The position numbers were made by a program, and so were the translations under genes. The notes under the pieces are model-generated. The model saw only the letters and a program-made list of their open reading frames with translations. It had not been told where the DNA came from and ran no database searches. A stretch of 64,000 nt of DNA from Octopus vulgaris (taxonomy: Eukaryota): positions 36,208,001 to 36,272,000 of the forward strand of contig OX597829.1 in the NCBI GenBank assembly GCA_951406725.2. Reading direction: 5' to 3'. Numbering within the stretch: position 1 is the stretch's first letter; each line of letters opens with the position of its first letter. Positions 42,695-54,699 of the stretch are shown here, in pieces.

Positions 42695-45600
42695 CTTGTC
42701 ATTCTCGATTATTCCTTCTAGGGTTTACCCGTACCACATCCTTGCTCTATCCAATTCATACATGCCACTCAGTTCTCAATGAATCATTCTTACGACATTA
42801 AGACGTCTTCTTTTGTATTTGTGGAAGACGCATTTAGAGTCAGAACCGTTTTGGGGAAGGTTAGCCTGGTTGCTGCTTTCAGTCCTGATCATCTCAGCCA
42901 CTGATGGGTTGTTGCTTGATCGACATCAGCAATTCGACTACGAAGTATATACTATCCATGCAGAGGCTTCTGGCATCACCGCTCCTCAATTTGTTCCCGC
43001 CCGTTCTTTTATGCAGTCTGCTTGATCCATTTTGCTTGTTTTGTGGCAGTAGTTTCAGATTTTGTTCAGGATTAATGCCAAGTTCCCTTGCGAATTTGCA
43101 AGCTTCTTTGATAATAGAAGGTGATTTTTGTTTTTGCTGTATTCATGTTTACACACAAGTTGCAGCGTCCAGTCCACTATTGTGGAGGTCTTATAGCACA
43201 TTTCTACCTGAATAATTCTTCTTCTCCCATTAATCCTAGGTAGGTACAGATAACCAACATCTGCTTTTGAGTGGTGCATGTACTTAGAAGTTAGTAGTTT
43301 TCTTGTCTTCCTGTTCAGACGTTGGTGCTCTGTAAGATTCCAGTTAAACTATATTGGACTATTGGAAGTTTCAGGGTGTTAATGGCTTCGATGCGAATTT
43401 TAGCATTGAGTTCAGTTTTTAGTATGAGTCTTATTCTCCTGTAATATTTCTTTCTTATTTTTTCCTTCATAGTAGCATGTTGTACACCATCTCCTTCGTT
43501 TATCCTCAGGTATTTGTAATAATGATGGTACTGTCAGTATCTAATTTAATAGGAGCTCTTTAGTTGCTTTAGCACATTTGTCAAGGCCAAAGTCTATCCA
43601 GATGTCATTACTGTATTCATTAACAGTTGTTAGCAGCCCTTCTAGCTCTTCGCCATTTCCAGCAAACAGCTTCAGATCGTCCGTATAAAACAGATGGTTT
43701 ATTGTCATACTAGCAGTATCGCCCGGCGTTGCTCTGGTTTGTAAGGGAAATAACTATAAATCATTTTTAGAGAGTTATAGCCAAAAAACAGCAAAAAAAT
43801 GGTAATTTTTTTTTGATAGTTAAAAAAGGTGGAGTTGCGTCCCCTACACAGTTCGTGGTTCGTGTTTCTGATTCTCGACCCCATGTCGAATTTATCGATT
43901 TTTTTCAGAACTGGGGGAACTTTTCAAAATTTTCGCTGCGTTAGTTTTGAATTATGACATTGGGCTATGTGTGTGTCAAGTTTCATCAGAATCGGTTGAA
44001 AGCCGTGGTCAGGGTGAGGGTACAAGCAAACAGACACACAGAAACACGCACAGACAAACTGCCGTTTATATAGAGAGAGATTGTAAACTTTGAACCTATA
44101 CCTGGTGTTATTTAGTTCGTTTGAGAGTGATATTAGTGCCCTGCAAAAGAGTAATGGGGAAAGGAAGTCACTTTGAAAGACGCCTCGTTTGATGTTGATG
44201 TTGTTAGTTTGGCTCATCCCATTACTATGGTTTAGAAAAAGACTTATGTTCCACTTGGCCATGCTACACTTGTAAGAATCTAGCAATGACATGAGAAGTC
44301 TTTTATACCTCAAGAGCCTTCAGTATCCAATTACGTGGGACAATATCAAACGCTTTCTTGCAGTTTATCCAATCCTGTAGTCTATCTTCGGTTTGTTGCG
44401 TCAATTCTCTACAATCAATTTCATTATGAGTAATTAATCTTTACACCCATAAGAATTCCTTTTACAGCTTTTTTGAGTTTGCGGAAGGATAGATCTCTGT
44501 TCTAGGAAAGCGTATATTCTGTCAGTTAATGTAGATGTGAGGATCTTGTAGGTGGTGTTGAGATATATTATTGGTCGGTAGTTCTTTGGATTTTTTGTGT
44601 CTCCAGTTTTTGGTAGAAGGTATGTTGTTCTTTCAGGCAGGTATTTGCTTTGGGTTCTGGATGACATTAGTCAGAGATTCAGCGAAATTTTATTGTACTT
44701 TTGTCAGACAATTTAGCCAGAAGTTAGGAATTCGGGTTAGTCCGGGAGTTTTCCATTTATGAGATTTCCTAAGAACACATCTTATCTCTTCTGTTCCTAT
44801 TCCCTCCCATTTCCGCTCTTCAACTTCATCCAGTCTCACTTTCTCACGTTCTATCCAGTCAGCTTTAGCTTTATATTCTTTCTTGTTGTTCCATATCTTC
44901 TTCCAGAACTCTTCCATTTCCTCAGTCTTAGGTGGCTCCTTTACTCCTATCATACTCTTGCCAATTTCCTAATAAAATTTCTTTGCATCCGTCTTGACTA
45001 CCTTGTTTTGTTGATAAAATTTGATTCTTTTGATAAGAATTCCTTTTACAGCCTTTTTGAGCTTGTAGAAGGGTAGAGCTCTGTTCTAGGAAAGCGTATA
45101 TTCTGTCAGTTAATATTGATGTATGATATTGTTGGTAGGCTTTCAGTTGTATTCATTATTTCAATTGTTTTTTGGTTGCAGGCGGGTTTATAAAATCATT
45201 GGTTCTATATTTTTGCTTGATTTTTCTAGCTCGTTTCGGCTTAACAATTACACTTCTAGCAAGTTCATCTATAACTGATACATCCCCCCTCAGAAATTCG
45301 ATCTCTTTTTGCATTGCTACTTTCCACTTAGGAGGTCTATTGACATAGTTAATCCTTTTTCTGTGTCGTCCAATTACCTAGTTGAGCAGTTACAACTTTA
45401 GCAGTGGAATAGATGAGATTACTTAAGGTTGTTCCCTTATTACTTAAGATCTGTTAAAGAGTAACATTAAATATCATGATTATGTTGTTGTCTTTTAAGC
45501 TGTTTGAGAACTTTGCCAGTGGCACTCTATTGATGATCCCAGTAGACTCAATCTTGCTGAGTTCTCTCTTATCTTCTTTTGCTTCTATGATCTTCTCTTT

Positions 45601-46330
45601 ATTATTCATCTCAAATTCTGTCATACATATTCTGGTGTTCTTGAGGTAGGTCTACTTTCTCCTCTTTGTCCGCTGTTCTTCACTATTCTTTCTTTAGTTT
45701 CCTCGTTGGGTGTACTGATCGTACACTGGGTTCTGTGCATCTGTTACCTATCTCATCTGTATTGTTGCTATTTTCGTTTGGTCTACCACGAGATATTTGT
45801 GTCCTAATTTTGCTAATTTCAGCGTCAGTTAACCTTTTATCCTTAATAATATCTCTACGTACATTACCTAGTTTATTTGCATTTATATATCTGCGTACTT
45901 TATTGCCTACTAAGTTTCTCCATGAAGTGTAAGTTTGTACTATAAAGTTATTGTTTGGGTTTAGTTAGGCTGTATATAAAGCTTTCAAAACCTCTTTACA
46001 ATCCCCTATAGTCCATTTTATGCGTTTTGCTTTAAGTGATGTTTTTGGTGGTGTCACTACAGATCTACTATTAGGGTTAACCTAGATCCGGTTACCTAGT
46101 AGATCGTCTTTTAGAGAGTTTGTCCTAGCAGCAGACTTTTCGACCCCAGTCTGGTTCCCCACTGAGTAACGCGGCATTGTTGTCCCGGGTGATGACAGAT
46201 TCGGCATGAGTATTGTTCTTGTCATTAAGTCATTGGCAGTGACAATAGGAGACTGGTGTGTTTGTTCAGAGTTGACTTTTTCACTTGACACCGCTTCCAT
46301 GTTCTTCGAATGGATATAATTATAATATCG
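42695..46330 (-). mobile_element. Decayed R4/Dong-clade non-LTR retrotransposon, most of the single ORF, truncated before the RLE endonuclease
   Basis: Collinear remnants KRIKWT, EEFWKKIW, KWKTPGLTRIPNFWL, TYLLPKTGDTKNPKNYRPI, IKRGVFQSDFLSPLLFC, INHLFYTDDLKLF, MHHSKADVGYLYLPR, WYG*TLEGIIENDK. Confidence 0.9.
43710..44080 (-). mobile_element. Non-autonomous Helitron (371 bp) nested in the R4/Dong RT
   Basis: Minus strand starts TC(TCTCTCTATATAAACGGC) and ends with an imperfect GC-rich hairpin plus CTAG. Inserted between A and T with no TSD. Removing it restores in-frame RFKVYN-MTINHLFYTDD. Confidence 0.92.
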
Positions 46331-46941
46331 TAAGCTTACAGATGGAAAATCGCCTCTCGTTTTTTTTTTCTCGTTGCTATGTTTCTCGGCATAACTTTGG
46401 TGATGTTTTAAACTTTGTGACTAATTTACTCTTTTTTATGTTCGTTTGTAGGAAGTCGCTTGGTTTTTGCTTGTCACGGCGCCGCTCGTGAAACGTGGTT
46501 TTTTCTTTTATCTTCCGTGTGTATGCGTGTGTGTCGTGTAGGCATTATTTATGTTGCTTATAGATATTAACTATTATATTAAATATTAAATATTATATGT
46601 GCACATGGAGGCGTGAACAGTTGCATATATAGGCAATTATTCAAACTAGGTTCTTACTGAGTAAGTGGTGTTTTTCCAGGTTTCCTGCAGTTGGTTTCGA
46701 CTTCTCGGATAAGTCGCATTGAGATATCGTTCATTTAAGAAAGAAACTACAATTTACATGACAAAAATCTTTCCGTTTTCTTTTTAGTTTCTCTGCTTTA
46801 GCAGAAATTTTCCCACAGTTGTATTGCGAAGTTTTCCTTCCATTGCACCAATGTTATTGGAATGAGTGTGTTTTGGGGAGAGGGTTTCTTAGTGTATATT
46901 CATGTTGTTATTTAGCCCGGAGCTATGTGTCATTTAACCCG

Positions 46942-46987
<46 letters not shown>

Positions 46988-47007
46988 CAACAACAATGTT
47001 ATTATTA

Positions 47008-47057
<50 letters not shown>

Positions 47058-47058
47058 G

Positions 47059-47555
47059 AGTGAGAGAGCAGTGCATGCCATCAAAGTGACACTGGGGTAA
47101 AATATACGAAGCCCAATATACCCATCATGACTACCCGTCTGATAAGGGTACACCAGGCACATGCATCACAACCATATGTGCGCGACATGGTGATCCCATA
47201 TCAAGATAAACAGCACATGACCTTGCAGGTGGGGCCCAGTTAGAATTTTCTTCAGGTTGAGTAGCCCATCCCGCTCAAAAGGTCCCTGAATAAGGGTTGT
47301 TTAAGGATGTTGAAAGAACCACCCTTGTTTCCAGAGGTGAATTATTCAAACCCCAAAGAATCCCTCTCAACACATGGCTATGATGCTCCCCCACTACTTC
47401 TGCTCGTGATCAGAGATACACATATCGTCAGCCACTAAGGGACATGCTCAACTGGTTACGGTCAAACAACTGACAAGTAAATCTGTGGTATTGAGCAGAA
47501 TATTTGCTGTAGCCCATCTTTTATACCAAGACAAAACAATGTACATGATAACACC
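47059..47555 (-). mobile_element. Unclassified interspersed repeat X, near full length, abutting (TTA)n
   Basis: 47059-47250 recurs at 49069-49262; 47320-47552 recurs inverted at 10980-11205. Strand is inferred from the (AAT)n tail. Confidence 0.85.
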
Positions 47556-47661
47556 AAGACAAAACAATGTACATGATAACATTACATAACAATGTACATG
47601 ATAACATTACAAAACAATGTACATGAATAACAAGACAACAACAATGTACATGATAACATTA
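47526..47661. repeat. Five tandem copies of a 25-28 bp unit (ACAATGTACATGATAACA core) at the end of repeat X
   Basis: Directly visible. Confidence 0.9.
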
Positions 47662-47662
47662 C

Positions 47663-47720
<58 letters not shown>

Positions 47721-47722
<2 letters not shown>

Positions 47723-49045
47723 ACATTTGGTAGTTACAAGCAAATTTCTACTGCATAACCTGCTACACCCCCGTGTTGCTGGAGTGTTTGTAGCATTGTA
47801 TGTTCTATTTGGGGGGTGAGGGCGTGCAAACTCTCCCCGGTATTTTATTGCCTCGGCGGCGAGCTGGCAGAAACGTTAGCACGCCGGGCGAAATGCTTAG
47901 TGGTATTTCGTCTGCCGTTACGTTCTGAGTTCAAATTCCGCCGAGGTAGACTTTGCCTTTCATCCTTTCGGGGTCGATAAATTAAGTACCAGTTACGCAC
48001 TGGGGTCGATATTATCGACTTAATACGTTTGTCTTTTCTTGTTTGTCCTCTCTGTGTTTAGCCCCTTGTGGGTAGTAAAGAAATAGGTATTTCGTCTGCG
48101 TTACGTTGTGAGTTCAAATTCCGCCGAGGTCGACTTTGCCTTTCATCTTTTCGGGGTCGATAAATTAAGGACCAGTTACGCACTGGGGTCAATGTAATCG
48201 ACTTAATACCTATTTTTGTCCTTGTTTGTCCCCTCTGTGTTTAGCCCCTTGTGGGTAATAAAGAAATAGGTATTTTATTGCCTCGGTTTCTTTTGTTGTG
48301 GGGAATGCTGCACTCTTTTGTTGTATTAGTGTTTATATTGTGCGTTGTGTGTCAGGAGTTGGGTAACTGATCTGCTGGTGGTTGTTTATTTTATTGGATA
48401 TTTGCTATATAGAGTGTGTCTTATGTTTGTGGATAGTTTTGCTTGGGTTGTATTGTTGATTTGATAATGTCTTGCGTATGGTAATGGCTGTTCCTAGCAG
48501 GGATATCCTTTGGATAGTGTATAGTATTGAGTGTCCAGGTATAGTTTCTATGTTTTTGTTCATGTTTTTTTTTTATCATGCCGAATACTCCAATTATTAC
48601 CGGTATTGTTTTCAGCTTCATGTCCCAAATCCTTAATGCTTCAATTTCGAGGTCTTTGTACTTTGACAATTTCTACTCTCTTTTTTTGGAAAGATATCTT
48701 AATCAGAAGGGACTGCAATGTCTATCAGGAAGCAGGTGTTTATATTTCCAATCCTTCATTATTATGTCTGACCGATTAGCTTTTTTACTTCTTTGTCAGT
48801 TTGAATACATATGTTCCAGATGATTTCGGTTTGGTCATTGTCAGGTACCTTGTTTGGCACATGTTTCTACCATTTATCGTCAGTTTTATGTTGTAGTATT
48901 GGCATTATATACAAGGGATATAATTATTTACTCGGTCATATTTGTATATATATTTAGATTTAGCAAGGACTGGACAGAGAGGATGTGGTCAACTGTCTCA
49001 TTGTGTTTGTTGCACATTATGCATTTGGTAATAAGACCAGTTTTC
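47721..49045 (-). mobile_element. R4/Dong-clade 3' fragment: zinc knuckle, RLE endonuclease and probable 3' UTR ending in (AAT)n
   Basis: KCIMCNKHNETVDHILS, IIWNICIQTDK, ANRSDII, LIDIAVPSD, SKYKDLEIEALRIWDMKLKTIPVIIGVFG. The UTR extent is inferred from the (TTA)n boundary at 47720. Confidence 0.82.
47855..48268 (+). mobile_element. SINE family B dimer (full unit plus 5'-truncated unit) within one TSD
   Basis: Unit 1 47855-48085; unit 2 restarts internally at GGTATTTCGTCTG (48086). Perfect TSD GGTATTTTATTGCCTC at 47839-47854 and 48269-48284. Confidence 0.92.
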
Positions 49046-49068
49046 ATCAATATCAACATTATTATTAT

Positions 49069-49262
49069 TGAGTGAGAGAACAGTGCATGTCATTAAATTG
49101 ACACTGAGATAAAATATACGAAGCCTAGTATACCCATCATGACTACCCGCCTGATAAGGGTACACTAGGCACATGCATCAGAAGCATATGTGCGTGACAT
49201 GGTGATTTCATATCAACATAAACAGTACATGACCTTGCAGGTGGGGCCCAGTTAGAATTTTT
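49069..49262 (-). mobile_element. Truncated copy of repeat X
   Basis: Collinear with 47059-47250, again directly after (TTA)n on the plus strand. Confidence 0.88.
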
Positions 49263-49832
49263 TCTGATTGTTTTCTTCCAGATGTTTACCCATTCTTTGC
49301 GATATTATTGCAGTAAAGGTTATGTAAATTGTAGGAAGAAAAATTATCGGTCTGTAATTTTGTGGGTTTGCCGTTTTAGTGGATTTGAGAATTAGGATAG
49401 ATTTCCCTTCCGTGAGCCATTCAGGCATTGTCTCCGGCTCTGCAAGTATTTCATTAAAATCCTCAGCGAGCTTTTTTATGTGTTCTTGTTAGGTATTTTA
49501 ACCAGAACTTGGGTATCTTATTGTACCCGGATGCCTTCCAGTTGCTTAGTTTTTGCAGTGCCTGTGTGACCTTTTCAGTTGTTATAGTGGTCCAGAGTTG
49601 GTCAGGTACTGTGTTCGCTGTTTTGATAGGTCTTTTCTATTTTCTGATGTTGTTCCTTCGCCAACCATATTTCTTTCCCAAATTCTTCCACTTCTGCTGT
49701 TGGTGTTGTATTGATCTCTATTTTATTTTTGCCAAGTTCTTGGTTGAATCTTTTGGGGTTGGAGACGAACTGTTTGTTTTGTTCAAAGGAACGTTGACGT
49801 TTCTCGTACCGGCGGATTCTTTGCGCTTTGGC

Positions 49833-49838
<6 letters not shown>
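49263..49838 (-). mobile_element. R4/Dong-clade internal fragment (pre-RT region)
   Basis: LAKAQRIRRYEK, FEQNKQFVSNPK, NWKASGYNKIPKFW, PEWLTEGKSILI...NPQNYRPI; upstream end abuts (TTA)n 49840-49919. Confidence 0.85.
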
Positions 49839-49919
<81 letters not shown>

Positions 49920-49999
49920 TTAGTGATTTATAAGGTTTGACGTAACTTTTCACGAAGGTAAACAAGCAATACGAACATGGCGATGCGATTAGTAATAGA

Positions 50000-52187
50000 T
50001 TGCTTGTTTGTCTTTTAGAAGTTCGAACGACGTTTTAACAGATCGTCTGTCTTCTTCAGGTATAAAATTTAAAATTAAAACAATCGCAGAAATTCAAAAT
50101 CTAAATGAGGAAATCCTGCAATCCTATTTTGATAGAATGGCATCGTCAGTTTTCAATTTTGTAACTGGTAAAAGAAAAAGAAAAAAGAAAGGGAAAAGGG
50201 GGGAAAAAGAGGGCAAAGAAAATTTCGGCGAACAGTTTTGTGTAAATATGATTGAATTCATTCCTTCAGGGTGTGATGTTAATAATTCACAGATATATTT
50301 GTCCTCATGCATTTTGAGGACTGAAAATGTAGTAGATTCAGAATATTTTCTGAGAATATGCACTTGCAAGTCTTTTTCAAAATTGCAGCCGTTTGACGTG
50401 AAATGTTCAGCAAGTTTGGTCGAACTAATGCTACTGTGCCTGACGTCTTATTTCTGCCCATTGAATATTTTATTTAATTGTTTTATTGTACAATCAACAT
50501 AAATCAAGTTATGTGTAATGCATTGTGCCGCGTACACCAAATGGGAATCTTCCGTACAAATCATAACCTTTCTATTATGATTCCTGATGGAATTGACCTG
50601 ACTCATGTTGTTGCACAGTGATCAGGATTTACCTCTCTTGCGGCTATTTTTCGAGGTGCAACGTTCAGAAACTCCAATGATGGGGTTCCTAGGGTAGTGG
50701 TTAATAATTCCCTTATATTTTGATACCGTCTAAAGGTTACAATAGGCGGCTGAGGGAATATTTGCTTGAAGCGGGGATATTTTTCTGCAATATGTTAGTA
50801 ATTTTTATGCAACACTTTTGAAAAGCCAGCGAAATTCTGGTGCCAGTTAATCACTAAAGATATTCCATCTCAAATTTTACTTTGGTTGCTAAAATTATGC
50901 ATGGAAGTTTGACATTCTTTGCTAATTTTAGCTATGTCGTTGCGATTCCCTTTAATCATGATTCACTATAACTGAGTTTGGCATAATGGCCTACAAAAGC
51001 ATTTGCATGTTTCTAGTAATCCCCTATATCAGTATAAATCCATTTTATCCACAAAAATTGGGATTTCGGATTTGCCTTAAATTATATGATACGGATAATC
51101 AGAACAGCGATGAAGGAAAATGTCGGATGCCGTGGGCATGCAAAATAATATTGTCACTGTTCTGCTTCCAGAAAACTTAACTTTTGTGTCCAAAAACTGA
51201 AGGACTGTGTTTTTAAAACTAGACGTAAATTTTATATTAGACTTAAAAACCATAGTTTACAAAGTAACAGTCACAGAAATGCAAGAAGTTAATTAAACTG
51301 TCCTGTGATCCTTCGCGGACAAGATAAACAGTCATCAATGAATTGTAACCAGAGTATCGGTTCATGACCACGCAGAGATTTGAATGTATTTATTAACTGT
51401 GTCGCAAAGTTCCCCATGAAGACATTAGCGAAATTAACTGCCATGAGGATAACCATGGCGCAAAATCTTCAATAACTTACAGAGAAAATGAGATGGAATA
51501 CTTTTGCTTGACCGTTTTTCAAAGACATTCATGCATGCTTCCACTTCCTCATCGTGTCAATATTGGAGTATATTGAATAAAACATCCATGGTTACCAAAA
51601 TAACCCCCAGTTTTCCATACTACTTCCGTGCTTAGAAAAGTTGGTAAAATCAAAGGTATCCTGAATATAGTGACTTGATCTTGCTACAAGGAGTAGAAAG
51701 CCATCCAGCCACTCCGAAATTTGGGCTGAAAACATGCAAATGTTTTTGTACGCCATGTCAGCTGCAAATTGAGCGCATTAGAGGAAATCTTTCGAACTTT
51801 TTGTGTATTTTGGAGAGACCATAAAATACAGGTTTTCTTTGTTCTGACTCTGTAAACTCTAAGATTCAGTTTTATTAATGAAATTGTTTACCTCCATTTC
51901 CAGAATATTTTGTCAAGTTCCTCTCTGTAATTGGGGTTTGGATCGCCGGGTAATTCTTCATGTGAAGTTTTGTCTCTTAAAACTCCTTCATAAGCCGAAA
52001 TATACTCACTCGTGTCTATAATTATAATAGCGCCTCGTTTACCCGCCATATTAATAACAATAGAATCATTATTAGTTACTCGACGTAGTGCGTAACGCTG
52101 CGAATTTGTGAGGCTATTCCAGGACGTCTTTCTGTTTGTTCTAAAGCTTTCCCTAATGCCTGTCTTGCAAGATTCAGGAAATTCCAC
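50000..52187 (-). mobile_element. Decayed Penelope-like element (RT plus GIY-YIG, Neptune-like)
   Basis: SLTNSQRYALRRVTNNDSIVINMAGKRGAIIIID...DP, LVTMDV, NFANVFMG, FIDD, NIKFT...QFLDTKV, LVYAAQC...IYVDCT, EDKYICELLTSHPEGMN (matches the ExxWIxxLxTxxPxGLN C-terminal motif). Confidence 0.85.
50027..50064 (-). ncRNA. Decayed minimal hammerhead motif at the 3' end of a Penelope-like element
   Basis: Minus strand CUGAAGA-a-GACAGAcgaUCUGUU-AAAACGUC. Reverting one CpG (UA to CG) gives a perfect stem II followed by GAAACGUC. Confidence 0.55.
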
Positions 52188-52189
52188 TT

Positions 52190-53690
52190 GTGCTTGTTAC
52201 AAGTGGCAGATAAACAGATAATAGACTTATAGGTTTTTTTGGAACTTTGGATTCATTATTCATTGGGAGTAGTCAAGTAATACCACTTGCTAACCAGTCA
52301 AGTGATTTCTAAGGATCTCTCATAACTTCATTGGCCAGCTAAACTAACTTTTCCTGCGTGCACTGGAGCGATGAGAGTTAGAAATTTGGCACCCCGTCTA
52401 CTTAGGAGCCTCCATGAGGGTCTTCCTTAGGCCTGCTATTGTAACGTCTTCCCATGCTTGTTCTTGTAATCTTTGGTAGGATCCTTCTCTGCATCTAATC
52501 CAATCTGCAGTTTCATTGTATGAATTCTGATTACTCCAAATCTTCCAAAAGTTTTCAACTTCTTTCTCGGGAGCTTATTTTCTCTGTAGAATATTTTTAC
52601 ATTTGATGTGAACAGCTTATTTTGCTTGTAAAATTTGTTTCTTTTTTTCATATCTTCGTGTTCTTTGGGTTTTTCCTTCAACACTTTGCTTCAGCGTTTC
52701 TTTTGTTGATATCAGTTCTTCTCTTGGTGAGAATCCATATTTTCTCTTCATCTCCCTTCCTTTTCTGGATCTTACATCTTTTCCACAGATTACTTCATTT
52801 AATATTGATATTTCTCCTCTCATTGTTTCAATTTGTTTTCAATTTAATTTTTCCAGTTTGGATTTCTTCTGAGGGGCTTTTTCTTTTCGAAGGAAACAAC
52901 TTGTTTTAATTGCCTTAGCAAATATTTAAATAATTTCATTTAACTCAGTATGGTCAGATTTTAATTCTTGTACGATTTCTTTCGTTACACAATTTATTTT
53001 TATTTTGGTGTGTATGTGAGAGTTCATAGAGGGATTTTATCGTTCATATTTGTATGTCTTACAACAGCAAGTTCATTCAGAATTTTCTGCTTCATTTCCA
53101 TCATAGACCCTGTCTATGGTCTTCAAATACTTTCTTTAATACTTTTCTGGCTATCGTTATCAAGCTCATTAGAATTTAGTCAGTTGATAGTCTTTCAATT
53201 AAGACTCATGGAAGGTTACTCTCTTAATCCGATTCTTCATTTCCTTCCTGTCTTATATTTAGGTCTTTTCCGCTGCGTACTTGATCACGATTATTTCTGA
53301 AGATATCCCTCATAACATTTACTAAGTTATTTTCAGCTAAATATGGTCTGCTACCTTGATTTCATGTTCTCCATATTTCATGAGTTTGCGGTGTGTTTCT
53401 CTAGGGATGGTCTACTTAATGCATAGTAATAAGTGTATATTACTTTTTTACGTTATTTTTCTTTTTTGTGGTGGCTGAGGTGGTAAACTTTGAGGACTCG
53501 ATATTGGGAAGTTACCGTTTAATGGCCATCCAAGTTCATTTTGGAGAAGAGTTTGTGCCAGAAGATGACTTTTCAACTTTAGGTTGGTTCTTTGCTAAGA
53601 GACGCACTTCAAGATTAACTATAGGACAAAACGATTTGGTGTATTGTTTTAATTTTCCTTTGTGTGTAATAAAACATTTTATGCCACGTT
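52190..53690 (-). mobile_element. R4/Dong-clade 5' fragment (N-terminus to start of RT)
   Basis: KKVIYTYYYAL, KETLKQ...KTQRTRRYEK, FYKQNKLFTSNVKIFYRE, DWLASGIT; upstream end abuts a short (TTA)n. Confidence 0.8.
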
Positions 53691-54699
53691 AATATTATTA
53701 TTATTGAACCCTGTATGGCTAATAAAGAAACGACTATTATTATCTCTACCGTTATCATCACCACCATTATTATTACCATTATTTTTATTGCCGTTACATT
53801 TACTATTTTTATGCTATTTTAGTCGTTGTGGCTATTGCTGATCCCCATTATTGTTGTCATTACTTTTGTCCTTGTGGCTACATTCTGTAGCCATGGTAAT
53901 GGTATAGATATCATAGATGTAATTGTTGTTACTTTATGAGTCGTTGCTGCTGTTGCTGAGATGCTGTCTTTGCTCCTACAACTGTGTACAATTATTAAAT
54001 GTTACTGGCTACAACTCTTGCCTTGTGTTTGAGGCAGTCATAAGTGCATAAGAGTTGGGGAAGAGACACAGTTTGGCGGACATATAGTTAGATATCATTA
54101 GTCTAAACAGATTCTATAGATGTTGAGCTGAAAGTGAAAAAAGAGTGGTTGCACCCATGTGGTCAGCAAAATGTGTTTATTACTGATTAATGAGAGTAGT
54201 GAGAGATTTTGAAGAAAACTGATTTACTTTGTTCTGTTTCAATTACCGATAGAAAAATATATACATCCATGATTTTTTTTTTTTACAATATTATATGAAG
54301 TTTGCTGCGCTTTATAGTTTTCGTAATTGTGCAATATGTAAATATGTTAATCGCTATCTTCTGCGTTTGTTATTATTTCTGAAACAGTTCTGAGTTTTGG
54401 AGGCGTTTCAATTTTTCCTGGATATAAAAGCAGAATGTCTGCGTGTTCTAGATGCTAGAAAAAAAAAAAGAAAGAATTTTAAAAAACATTACTCACAGAG
54501 TGTCACTTAATTTTGAAGTTACTCCAGTTTGATAGCCGGAGGAATCTAAGGGTGTTCTTGCTATAAAATACATGTTTACGTATTCGAATAGTGGAAATGA
54601 AAAAAAAGAAATTTTAAATAGTCACAGAAAATTGTAAACATTGAAGTTTTTAAAGTTATATGAAGGATAATTGCTTGCGTGTTTGGGCATGGAAAATTA

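Noticed and set aside
46946-47058. (TAA)n switching to (TTA)n, forming a quasi-palindrome
   Set aside because: Low-complexity strand switch at an element boundary; no evidence of function
47526-47661. Short regularly spaced repeats superficially like a CRISPR array
   Set aside because: No unique spacers, eukaryotic context, no cas genes; the unit derives from repeat X
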